From: a virus
Lineage: Duplodnaviria > Caudoviricetes
Length of the DNA stretch: 60,912 nt
Virus record (IMG/VR): IMGVR_UViG_3300038620_000113
Coordinates: 1 to 60,912 of that record
Strand: one strand, 5' to 3'
How positions within the stretch are numbered: the stretch's first letter is position 1; each line of letters starts with the position of its first letter. Below are positions 39,895-49,003 of the stretch, in pieces. The position numbers and the translations under genes were made by a program. Below the pieces are notes generated by a model, which saw only the letters and a program-made list of their open reading frames with translations, did not search any database and had not been told where the DNA came from.

Positions 39895-40080
39895 ATGAAT
39901 AATAAACCTTTCGATATTAACAAACAGATAGAAAGAGATCAAAAAGAACAAGAATTCTGGAATCAGGAACTTGAGAATGTGGAATACAAAAAAGACAAAG
40001 AACGTTTAGAAAAAGAAGAACAAGATGAAATTGAACAGCAGATGATAGAAGAACAAATGCTTGAAGAGGAAAGTGATTGA
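39895..40080 (+). CDS. small acidic coiled-coil protein
   Basis: E/Q-rich 61-aa ORF. Confidence 0.5.
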   Translation: MNNKPFDINKQIERDQKEQEFWNQELENVEYKKDKERLEKEEQDEIEQQMIEEQMLEEESD

Positions 40081-40220
40081 CTTAAAGGAAAACTATAATT
40101 TGAAAATGATTCTTTTGTACTTTTTCTATCCGTTAGGAAAAAGCATTACATTGAATAACAGTTAATTGATATTTTGTAACTTTTAATCTTCCTATTTCGT
40201 TAAGGGAGTAGGAGGAACAA

Positions 40221-40306
40221 GGAAAGGCAAGCAGATTGGCGACTGTTCCCGACTTGAAATCGGGCGAGGTTAACAGCCCTTGGGGGTTCGAATCCCTCCC
40301 TTTCCG
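40221..40306 (+). tRNA. tRNA-Ser(TGA), no CCA
   Basis: GGAAAGG/CCTTTCC, CCCGA-CTTGAAA-TCGGG, long variable arm. Confidence 0.88.
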
Positions 40307-40314
40307 CTAAACGC

Positions 40315-40501
40315 GAGATCAAACCACTTCCTTTATAAATTCGATAATCAGTTAATATAGTGGTCATCTCCGGAATTAGATTCTAGCCAAGAAACTTCCT
40401 CAAAACGCTTTAGAAGAGCAATTAGTTTAGTTTCCGCTGTTTAATTTTAAGGTCAAAGAAGTTCCTTATTTTTTTAAAAGCCGATTATTACTTCCCACCT
40501 T
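40315..40501 (+). ncRNA. hairpin array 2 (A2 40315-40370, B2 40384-40439, C2 40449-40501)
   Basis: three complete units with the same structure and different loops. Confidence 0.8.
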
Positions 40502-40516
40502 TAATTTTTATTAGCT

Positions 40517-42394
40517 ATGACTATCACACAAAACACCATTAACAAATCTTTAGAATACTTTAAGGTTCTGCCTGTAACTCAAGACGTACAAAATGTAAAT
40601 TCTAAAAGTGATTTTACACCACAAAAATTACACAATCTTTTGGCGAAAGGATTGGTTCCAACTTCTCGGGCATTACCTTACATTGATTGGATAAAAGATT
40701 ATGCTCTACAGTGTATTAGTGGAAATGACCTAAGCAAAACATTTTATCGGCGCTGGAATGATTTATTTTCCCGTTCGGAAGATGAACGCTTAGCCGATCA
40801 GTTATATCACTATCTTACCACCTATGGCGCTGAAAGTTTGGGTATTTACCGTCCTGAATTGGTATATCTTCCTGCTAACTTAGAAAAGAATACAAAAGAA
40901 GAAAACCAGCTACCCGTTCAGATAATTGACATAGAAGATCAAGAAAAAGTTATTGAACGGGCCTATAAAATGCTAGATTCGGGAATGCCGCTGGCTAGCC
41001 AAACCGTAAGTGATTTACTCGATATTCTCGATGGTTTGGGTTATAAATTTACAGAAAATAAATTAGCTAATAAGGAAGCACGAGCACGGATTGCTTCTGA
41101 AAAAGGAGTTTGGCCTGAAGAAGCAGATGATATTTTAAGAGTGTTAATTTATCAGGCTACAGGACGAACTCTAGTTATTAAAGATCGAGAAACTATATCG
41201 GCCTTAGAAAATTCTAATTACACCCTGCCCCAACTTTCTAATCAAGCGGAAAAGAAAATTGCTACCCACAATTTTAATCGTCATAAAAAATTGTTGGTAG
41301 CTTTTAAAAAAGCCCATTCGGATAATAAACCTATTATCAACCGAATAGCTCGAAAAAGCAAAAGCCTTCATCAACCCCAAAAGCAAAAAATCTTAGACAA
41401 TCTAACGAATGGAGATTATAGTTACGATGAGGTAACTCGAGCTATAATAAAAGAATCTACTTTTCGTGTTATTTCAGCCTTAAATGCTATTCGTGAAAGA
41501 TTAAAAGATCAAGAACATCCAGTTCGTATTTACAAAATACGCAATGGAAAAACATTTGCTAAAGAAGATTCTACTAATAATCGAGAAACTAGAAAGTATC
41601 AAATCTATGAAAGTATATTAATTAGTAATCTTTTGTTTCGTTTAAAAGATCAAAAGATTTACATTCCTTCTCATATTGATTATGCCCTTCCTAAATCGGA
41701 AAAAGATTTTGTGGGAGAAATTCCGGCGGGTAGTTCTTTTTCTCTCTCCGCTGACCAAGAAGGTTTATGTATCGGAGTCTATTGGCACGAAAAAAATAAT
41801 ATAGTAGATTTAGACCTCAGTGCCTTAACCAAAGATAGATGTAATAATTTTACCAAAGTAGGATGGAATAGTGATTGGGTTGATGATGATTTGGGGCTTT
41901 CTTTTTCGGGTGATATAACCCGAGCGCCCCAGGGTGCTTGTGAATATCTAACTTGGCAACCTGGGGTTGAATGGGAGGCTTTGGTTCTAACTAACCTTTT
42001 TGATGGAGAATTGAATTCATCTTACTATATATTAGGTGGTTACCCTCGCAACTTTAAGAGAGAGGGATTAATCCAAACCGAAAATCTCCAGTTTGCACTG
42101 CCAATGACCATGTCTAAAAAGCAAAAAATTACTGGATTGATTGTTCAAGATTCAGAAACGAGTAAATTTTATTTGTATGATGGTGATTTTGGTAACCTGC
42201 CAGTTTCTGATACTAACGGTAAAAGCATAAAAGCTATGAATGCTCTAAAACAAAAGCTAAAAAGCCAAATGACTCTTAGGGAATTACTACAAACTGGAAA
42301 AAATAACTTTTTAGTAGAAAGCCCTGAAGATGCTGATATCGATTTATCGCTGCAAAATCTAAATCAAGATGCTTTTTTAAATCTTTTTAATTAG
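40517..42394 (+). CDS. 625-aa conserved protein with TerD-like C-terminal domain; candidate RNA-binding partner of the arrays
   Basis: DQLYHYLTTYG; GVYW..VDLDLSAL..FSGDITRAPQGACEY. Confidence 0.6.
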   Translation: MTITQNTINKSLEYFKVLPVTQDVQNVNSKSDFTPQKLHNLLAKGLVPTSRALPYIDWIKDYALQCISGNDLSKTFYRRWNDLFSRSEDERLADQLYHYLTTYGAESLGIYRPELVYLPANLEKNTKEENQLPVQIIDIEDQEKVIERAYKMLDSGMPLASQTVSDLLDILDGLGYKFTENKLANKEARARIASEKGVWPEEADDILRVLIYQATGRTLVIKDRETISALENSNYTLPQLSNQAEKKIATHNFNRHKKLLVAFKKAHSDNKPIINRIARKSKSLHQPQKQKILDNLTNGDYSYDEVTRAIIKESTFRVISALNAIRERLKDQEHPVRIYKIRNGKTFAKEDSTNNRETRKYQIYESILISNLLFRLKDQKIYIPSHIDYALPKSEKDFVGEIPAGSSFSLSADQEGLCIGVYWHEKNNIVDLDLSALTKDRCNNFTKVGWNSDWVDDDLGLSFSGDITRAPQGACEYLTWQPGVEWEALVLTNLFDGELNSSYYILGGYPRNFKREGLIQTENLQFALPMTMSKKQKITGLIVQDSETSKFYLYDGDFGNLPVSDTNGKSIKAMNALKQKLKSQMTLRELLQTGKNNFLVESPEDADIDLSLQNLNQDAFLNLFN

Positions 42395-42427
42395 AGACTC
42401 GCTTCCAGATCAAAATAATTCAAAATT

Positions 42428-42919
42428 ATGCAACCACATTTAATTAATTTTTTATCATACAAAAATGAAAAATTAAAAAAACAACTACATAGTATATCAA
42501 TGGACTTAATCTCATCCGATGATCCTCTCATGAAAGAGTATAATAAAACACATAGTTTTATAAGTAAACTAAACAGATTAATTGAATGGTTAACTTTGGC
42601 TCATGAGGTTATTTGTATTTTTTATGGATCTGATGGACCTAATCGTCATTTCTATGTTTTAGATAAATCTAAAAAATATGTATTGTGGGATTTAGAATTG
42701 GAACACGAAGTAGATGAAAAACATGTCTTCTCATTTATTTCTATGGTGGTTTTATGTCATAGAAAGCTTGTAGGCGATATGAGAATACCACTTTCTGAAA
42801 GGTATTGTGGCGAATATAAGCCCAATCCCCAAAAAGTGAAATTTTGTGTTAAAGATTTAGAAAATATTTTTTTAAATTTTGAGAAAAAAAATTTAAAAAA
42901 AATTAAAGAAAATTTTTAG
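42428..42919 (+). CDS. hypothetical protein
   Basis: 163-aa ORF. Confidence 0.55.
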   Translation: MQPHLINFLSYKNEKLKKQLHSISMDLISSDDPLMKEYNKTHSFISKLNRLIEWLTLAHEVICIFYGSDGPNRHFYVLDKSKKYVLWDLELEHEVDEKHVFSFISMVVLCHRKLVGDMRIPLSERYCGEYKPNPQKVKFCVKDLENIFLNFEKKNLKKIKENF

Positions 42920-43001
42920 TTGATTGGGTTAATAATAAAACTTTACAAGAAAATAAATCGTATCTGTAATAAGATGAAATACTGTAATAAATAAGTTAGA
43001 T

Positions 43002-44087
43002 ATGTCCGCCACAAAAGTTAATTCAACTAGTAAAAAACGTATAATATTAAATAAAAAAGATTGGATTAAAGCCATCAAGAAAATAGATGGTTCTTGGCGG
43101 TATAGAAAACAACATAATTTATTCTGGCTAGACTGCCTAAAAAACAATAACTTAATTTTTTCTATTAATGTAAAAGCAACTTTTAAATCAGATTTTCAAG
43201 ACTTTATTACTAACTTTGAAAAATTAGAAAATATTCCAAAAGAAGTAGATTACTTAAACTTAAAAGATGGTTATATTTCAGAACACACAGAAAATATTTT
43301 AGAAAACAAAATAAGTTATAGAAAAATTGATAAACCTTACCAATATGATGGAAGTGTTTTTATAGATTCTAATGTTTTAGATAAAGTATACCCTTTCACA
43401 ACAATAGATAACACTCGTCCAGCTTGCCAAAACGTTTACTTTAGTGTAGATAATAATAAAGTTGTTGTGGGCGCTACAGATGGACAAAAGTTGCGTCTAA
43501 TAACAGAATATCAAAAAACACCAATAGACAATAAAACAAGTTTTATTATACCCAAAAAAGATATAAATAAAATAAGGGCTAAAGCAAAAGAAAAGATTTA
43601 TTTGTACTGGAATAGTAACTGCACTCCTTTAAATTGGTTAATTCAATCTTTCCCTTATCAATGGAGCAATATTTCCAGTAGTTATAAGTATCCCCCTATT
43701 GAATCTTTTACTAACATCAATCTTTCAACTTCTATAAAATTGAGTTCCAAAAAGTTAAAAGAAGCTTTACAGCTTTTGTTGCCTTACTTAGATTCTACTC
43801 TTTACTTAGTAGAACTAAAACTTTATAACAACAAGTTAGAAATGAGACCGGGGCTATATTCTAGACACACACACTTTTATTATTCTTCTTTTATTCCTAT
43901 ATTAGAAGTTGATACTTCTTTTAATGGAATTTCATTTAATGGAAAACATATTTTAGAACTTTTGAAAAAAGAAAATAACTTAGAACAAATAACTTTTTAT
44001 CTATCTAACAATAAAAAGCAAGTTTACACTACAACTTCATATTTTCAACAAGACCTAATAATATTTCAAAATTACTATGAACACTGA
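43002..44087 (+). CDS. DNA polymerase III beta-clamp-like protein (divergent)
   Basis: TRPACQNVYF, VGATDGQKLR, FIIPKK, ISFNGKHILELL. Confidence 0.65.
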   Translation: MSATKVNSTSKKRIILNKKDWIKAIKKIDGSWRYRKQHNLFWLDCLKNNNLIFSINVKATFKSDFQDFITNFEKLENIPKEVDYLNLKDGYISEHTENILENKISYRKIDKPYQYDGSVFIDSNVLDKVYPFTTIDNTRPACQNVYFSVDNNKVVVGATDGQKLRLITEYQKTPIDNKTSFIIPKKDINKIRAKAKEKIYLYWNSNCTPLNWLIQSFPYQWSNISSSYKYPPIESFTNINLSTSIKLSSKKLKEALQLLLPYLDSTLYLVELKLYNNKLEMRPGLYSRHTHFYYSSFIPILEVDTSFNGISFNGKHILELLKKENNLEQITFYLSNNKKQVYTTTSYFQQDLIIFQNYYEH

Positions 44088-44898
44088 AATCAACATACCA
44101 GAAGTAGAAAAAGAGATGCCTAGACTCATATTAACATCAGGCGGAGAAACAAGTGCTTTTCTTACTTATCAATTTTTATTAGCAGGGCTTAGAGAAAATG
44201 ATCATATAGTTTTTACGAATACTGGCTTTGAAGATCCCAAAACTTTAGAATTTTTGCATAAGCAAGAAGAATATTGGGGGTTACCACTACGCTGGCTTGA
44301 ATATGATCCAGAATGTGAAAACAGTTTTAGGGAAGTGGACTATCATACTGCATCGGTGAAAGGTGATCCTTTTAAGAAAATGATTGAAGAAAATGCCTAC
44401 CTTCCCAATCCTAAGCATCGAATCTGTACTCAAAAGTTAAAAGTTGAAACCGCTCAACGTTTCATGAAAAGTTTTGGTTATGATGAATGGCAGAAAGTTG
44501 TGGGCCTCCGTTCAGACGAACCCACTAGAAAATCTAAGTTAAGTAAGTTTGATACTGATTTAGAACAACTGGTTTTGCCGCTCTTTTATTCTAACGTTGA
44601 TAAAAGTTATATTGAATCGTTCTGGGAAAAACAAAACTTTCGTTTAGAAACCGATGAATTATTAAAGAATTGTAATCTTTGTTTCTTAAAAGGAAAAGGA
44701 AAAATACTAAGTATTATGTCGCAATATCCTGAAGTGGCAAACGAATGGATAGGGTTGGAAAATAAAGTAGGAAGAACTTTTAACAAAGATCATAGTTTAG
44801 AAAATTTGAAAATACTTGCTGAAAACATGCTTTTTCCAGGTGAAGATATATTTTCAACAGATCAACTGGATGTTGATTGTGTTTGTGGTGGAGATTAA
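44077..44898 (+). CDS. PAPS reductase family (PP-loop) protein
   Basis: SGGETS, NTGFE, RICTQKLK, GLRSDE, NCNLCFLKG, CVC. Confidence 0.8.
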   Translation: MNTEINIPEVEKEMPRLILTSGGETSAFLTYQFLLAGLRENDHIVFTNTGFEDPKTLEFLHKQEEYWGLPLRWLEYDPECENSFREVDYHTASVKGDPFKKMIEENAYLPNPKHRICTQKLKVETAQRFMKSFGYDEWQKVVGLRSDEPTRKSKLSKFDTDLEQLVLPLFYSNVDKSYIESFWEKQNFRLETDELLKNCNLCFLKGKGKILSIMSQYPEVANEWIGLENKVGRTFNKDHSLENLKILAENMLFPGEDIFSTDQLDVDCVCGGD

Positions 44899-44981
44899 AA
44901 GTTATTTTAAGTAAAAGTTACACCGAAAACTGGCTTGGTGTAATAGAAATGTCTGGTTTTTAAAATTTTTGGTTCCATCGC

Positions 44982-45046
44982 TTGACAAACATTTTCTTTT
45001 TGCTTAAATTAGAAGGTAGAAAGTTGGCGGAGCTAAAAAGGCCAAC
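44982..45046 (+). promoter_or_regulatory. early promoter with leader hairpin
   Basis: TTGACA-N17-TAAATTAG, GGTAGAAAGTTGG..CCAAC. Confidence 0.7.
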
Positions 45047-45077
45047 AATAATTTCTAACATCTAACCATCATTTATT

Positions 45078-45272
45078 ATGATTACCGCGTTAATTATTTG
45101 TATTTCTATTGTAGTTTGGTTTTTCCAACAAGTCATATGGGGCATCTTATTAAACTATGCTGACATACAAAGTGATATTGTTTCTTGGGTAATTTCGGTT
45201 ATTGCTTATATATCTTTTACTGTAGCAATTGTTATTGCTGCAATTTTGGCAATTCAACATTTTACCTCTTAA
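45078..45272 (+). CDS. small membrane protein
   Basis: two hydrophobic helices. Confidence 0.55.
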   Translation: MITALIICISIVVWFFQQVIWGILLNYADIQSDIVSWVISVIAYISFTVAIVIAAILAIQHFTS

Positions 45273-45487
45273 CAAACATTCTCTACTTGGACGCTATTTA
45301 CTTTAGGAATAACGGCTCCTTACACCGCAAAGCAGAAATCATTGTTAATGGTGCAGAAAGGGATAACAACTATCAGGGTTATATTTCCTTAGAACAATTC
45401 TAAGCAGTGCAAGAAGTTGCCCGCCAAAAGCACCAAGAATTGAGCACTCCGGGTTTACAACTTAAAGGATAGGTGCACCTGTTTTTA

Positions 45488-45522
45488 TTCCCCCGTCTAA
45501 CTCAGTCGGGGGATTTTTTTTA
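45488..45522 (+). terminator. intrinsic terminator
   Basis: TCCCCCG..CGGGGGA followed by T-run. Confidence 0.7.
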
Positions 45523-45686
45523 TCTTTCCACCCGCCTCAAAAATTAACTTTTAACGATTAACTTATCATAAGTTTAGTGCGAGGGAATTTTAACATCTAA
45601 TCCTTTTAGCGAAGCTTTTGAGGGGTTTTTTTATGGTCAAAATTAAGTTTTAAGAAAAGAAAATTAAAATTTTCTGGAACCACCTC

Positions 45687-45747
45687 TTGACTCCTGTTTT
45701 CTTTTTACCTATATTAGGGGTAGAAAGTTGGTAGGAAAAAAACCAAC
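45687..45747 (+). promoter_or_regulatory. early promoter with leader hairpin
   Basis: TTGACT-N17-TATATTAG, GGTAGAAAGTTGG..CCAAC. Confidence 0.7.
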
Positions 45748-45905
45748 CAATGAGAAATCAAGATTTGTTTAACCACCATTCTAGGTGGTTAAACAGAAGA
45801 GGCTGCAGATGCTACTTTAAGCAAGTACCTCTAATAATGTTTTAATACCAACCTCAGTGTAGGTTGGGGTTCTTTTTATTAGTTAAACCACAATTCAAAA
45901 CAGCT

Positions 45906-46145
45906 ATGTTTACCAGTAACGAAGCCACAAAAAACGAAGGAAATATCTTCAGCCATAAAAAAGCTGAAGACACATTAAATAAAATGGCAAACAATAATGA
46001 TGATTTGTCATTCGATACCACAATTGATGGATATACTTGTCTTCGTGCAACAGATGGCTGGACTTATGTTCTTTTGCCTTTACGCCCCGGTCATGCTGCT
46101 ATTGTAGCATATGATGAAGATAACAACGTGGTAGGCAAAATTTAA
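45906..46145 (+). CDS. hypothetical protein (ATG 45906 preferred over TTG 45864)
   Basis: A-rich leader before ATG. Confidence 0.5.
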   Translation: MFTSNEATKNEGNIFSHKKAEDTLNKMANNNDDLSFDTTIDGYTCLRATDGWTYVLLPLRPGHAAIVAYDEDNNVVGKI

Positions 46146-46172
46146 AAAAATAAATAAGTAAAACTATTCTTA

Positions 46173-47010
46173 ATGAAAATTATAAGCTTTTACGAATATT
46201 TATCTGAAAAACGCAGACGCCCAGATTTAAATGTATTAGAAAAAGAAGATTTGGGCAGTTTTTTAAAACGCTATATAAAAGATGATCCCACTAATTGGTA
46301 TCTTTCTTTTCGCGAAAAAAAAAACTGTAACTTTTACAAATCCTTTTACTGCATATGACACGCCCGCTGGATACTATTGTTATCCTTTAGACGCAATAAA
46401 ACACGGTTCAAAAACAATTTATCAAGAGTTGTTAGATCTTTCTAAAAAATATGATAAAGATTTTGATATTCATAGTAGAGTATTTCCTTATGGACCTGGT
46501 AATATAATTCAAATTATAAAAGTAAAAAGTAATGCTAATATATTATCTTGGAATACAAGTTTTAAAGATGTAAAATATTATTTAAACAAGCTTTATAAAC
46601 ATTTAGAAAGTAATAATATTACAAATGACGAAAATGTTTTTAGTTTTATTGAGTACGCTATTAATTACTATAATGATTCAGAAAATAAAGATAATCTTCG
46701 ATCTATAATAAATTCAAATAACTTTATTGAATTAGATAAAAAATATAAAAGACAGCTTTTTGACATTATTCATTATGATGGAGAATTAGCTGGTAATGCT
46801 GTTTGGTTTTTTGTACTAGCATCACTAAATGCTATAAATAAAGACGATCCTAAAAAAATAACAAACACTTTTGTTAAATTAGGAATCGATGGATTTAGAG
46901 ATTCTGAAAATAAAAAATGGTTTATTCATCCCAATGAAGAATTACAAGCTGTACTTTTCAAAAAAAGTATAATTGAAGAATCCTATTCTTATATTCAAAC
47001 AAATAAATAA
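46173..47010 (+). pseudogene. ART-like head-packaged paralog 2, frameshifted at A10 run (46315-46324)
   Basis: joining both frames gives SFYEYLSE-KRRRP..WYLSFR..TPAGYYCYP..GIDGFRD..IHPNEELQA. Confidence 0.7.
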
Positions 47011-47028
47011 AAAAAAAAACATAAAATT

Positions 47029-47400
47029 ATGAATAATAAACATGCCAAACTAGAAGACGGTAAAATTCCATCACTTAATAAATTTAGTAAACTTACTGAA
47101 AGTAATAATCAAAAAGTTCAACTCAACCGAAAAGATAAGTATAACGTATTTATGCGGGTATCGGATAATCAAGGAACTCGTGGAATGCGAGTATCTAAGG
47201 ATAACTTAACTTTAGGTAAACTTCTTCAGTTATTCCGTAGTTATGATAAAGCATCTGGTTCTCCGATGGGTGGGGGATTAGAAAAATGGGTGAATAGTAT
47301 AGTTTTAACTACCACCTATGGTCAAGAAGTGGATATATCTCATAAAGATATTCCCTTGTTGAAAGATATGAAAGTTAAAGAATTTCCTAAAGAAGGGTGA
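47029..47400 (+). CDS. putative internal head protein
   Basis: leader KLEDGKIPSLNKFSKLTE, similar to 52479 protein. Confidence 0.55.
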   Translation: MNNKHAKLEDGKIPSLNKFSKLTESNNQKVQLNRKDKYNVFMRVSDNQGTRGMRVSKDNLTLGKLLQLFRSYDKASGSPMGGGLEKWVNSIVLTTTYGQEVDISHKDIPLLKDMKVKEFPKEG

Positions 47401-47532
47401 ATTAAAATGAAAATAGAACTTTTTCAAGAATAAACAAGATAGTATAAAAGTTCAAGTTTTAAATTTCTTTAAGGCTCCAAGCAAAGTTAGCCGTAATTAG
47501 AACGTCAACATCGGATTGGAAATAAATTATAA

Positions 47533-47618
47533 GGAGGAGTGGCCGAGTGGTCGAAGGCGCCTGCCTGCTAAGCAGGTGTGGTTAATAGCCACCGTAGGTT
47601 CGAATCCTACCTCCTCCG
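47533..47618 (+). tRNA. tRNA-Ser(GCT), no CCA
   Basis: GGAGGAG/CTCCTCC, CCTGC-CTGCTAA-GCAGG, long variable arm. Confidence 0.95.
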
Positions 47619-47692
47619 CATTAGCTTTTAATTTGATTCAAACAACAATAATAAAAAATTTAATTCTCACTAAGTCGTAAAATTAAATAGCT

Positions 47693-48994
47693 ATGAATAA
47701 CAACACAGTAAAAAATTTTTGTAACAAGTTACAAAAGTGGTATTCAGAATCTTACAATAAAGTAACAGTTTCAAATAATCTAAACACTGAAGATATTCTT
47801 ACTGAAATTATTATTCAGTGTACTTACTTATGGTTTTTGAAGGAATTAAAAATTATTTCAAGCGACTTATTTGATAAACAAAAGATTTATACTATTTTAA
47901 AGGCTAGTAGTAATGATACTGGTTATTTTAACGGAATTTTACAAAATGTATTTTTTAATGGGATGAAAACAAATCTTAGTGAATATGCTATAGTTCAAAG
48001 TAAAGACTTGTTTTTAGATATTGAAAATTTTGAAAGCTTGTTAAACAAAATACCTTATTTAGATACAGAACTTTTTAATAATTCAAAGTTTCTTTATGAT
48101 AACCCATCAGAACTAGATTCTACACATATTCCAAATACACTGTTTTTCAATGATAACAAAAGTGGTATCATTGACTTGCTCAGTCAATATTCTTTTTTAA
48201 CAAATGAAAAAGAAGTATCACAATCAGATTCTGAATTAGACCCAGAAGTACTAGGAACCGTTTTTGAAAATTTACTAGCACAGTATAATCCCGAAACAAA
48301 GACAACCGCTAGGAAACAGTCTGGTTCTTTCTATACCCCCAAAGAAATTGTAAATTATATGGTAAATGAATCAATTGTTAAACAACTTTCTGAAAAAACA
48401 AGTTATCATGAAGATTCTATTAGAAATTTAGTTGTACATGAAAAAGTTGATAGTTTTAAAAATGAAAATAATAAAGAAGAATTAGTAAGAATAATAAGTA
48501 GGTTAAAAATTCTTGATCCTGCTTGTGGTTCTGGTGCTTTTCCTATTGGAGTTATTCAAAGACTTGTTAAGGTTCTTAAAGTTCTTGATTCTGATAATAC
48601 ACTATGGAAAAGGTGTCAACAGGAAATAGCCGAAGGATATGATAAAGATTTTCCAGAACCCACAAGTTTAGATATTGATAAAAGATTAAACTTAATTGAA
48701 GAAACTTTTAACCAAAATAATAAAAGTTTAGATTATTCAAGAAAGTTTTTTATTTTAGTAAACAATTTATATGGTATAGATATTCAGCCGATGGCAGTTC
48801 AAATTTGTAAACTTAGATTTTATCTTTCTTTGCTTATAGAACAAGAAATTGATTATAATGAAATAAATTATGGAATATCTTATTTTCCAGACTTAAGCCA
48901 AACTTTTATTGTTGAAAATGCTTTAACAATGGACATGAATGATAAAAATTCTAAAAAGCCAAAAGGTCATATTGGAATAGATGATATAATGTAG
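47693..48994 (+). CDS. type IIG/Eco57I-like adenine methyltransferase, N-terminal part
   Basis: LGTVFENLL, GSFYTP, ILDPACGSGAF, YGIDI. Confidence 0.85.
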   Translation: MNNNTVKNFCNKLQKWYSESYNKVTVSNNLNTEDILTEIIIQCTYLWFLKELKIISSDLFDKQKIYTILKASSNDTGYFNGILQNVFFNGMKTNLSEYAIVQSKDLFLDIENFESLLNKIPYLDTELFNNSKFLYDNPSELDSTHIPNTLFFNDNKSGIIDLLSQYSFLTNEKEVSQSDSELDPEVLGTVFENLLAQYNPETKTTARKQSGSFYTPKEIVNYMVNESIVKQLSEKTSYHEDSIRNLVVHEKVDSFKNENNKEELVRIISRLKILDPACGSGAFPIGVIQRLVKVLKVLDSDNTLWKRCQQEIAEGYDKDFPEPTSLDIDKRLNLIEETFNQNNKSLDYSRKFFILVNNLYGIDIQPMAVQICKLRFYLSLLIEQEIDYNEINYGISYFPDLSQTFIVENALTMDMNDKNSKKPKGHIGIDDIM

Positions 48995-49003
48995 AACAAT
49001 TTT

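Noticed and set aside
40089-40105. 17-nt match to the TnpB element end (AAAACTATAATTTGAAA)
   Set aside because: Almost all A/T in an AT-rich genome; no other element features nearby
39501-40501. CRISPR or TIGR array
   Set aside because: No identical direct repeats, no box C/D motifs, and no cas or Nop-domain gene recognisable
45487-45500. Partial complementarity to the A1 loop as a possible target
   Set aside because: Short, gapped and mismatched; lies in a terminator stem
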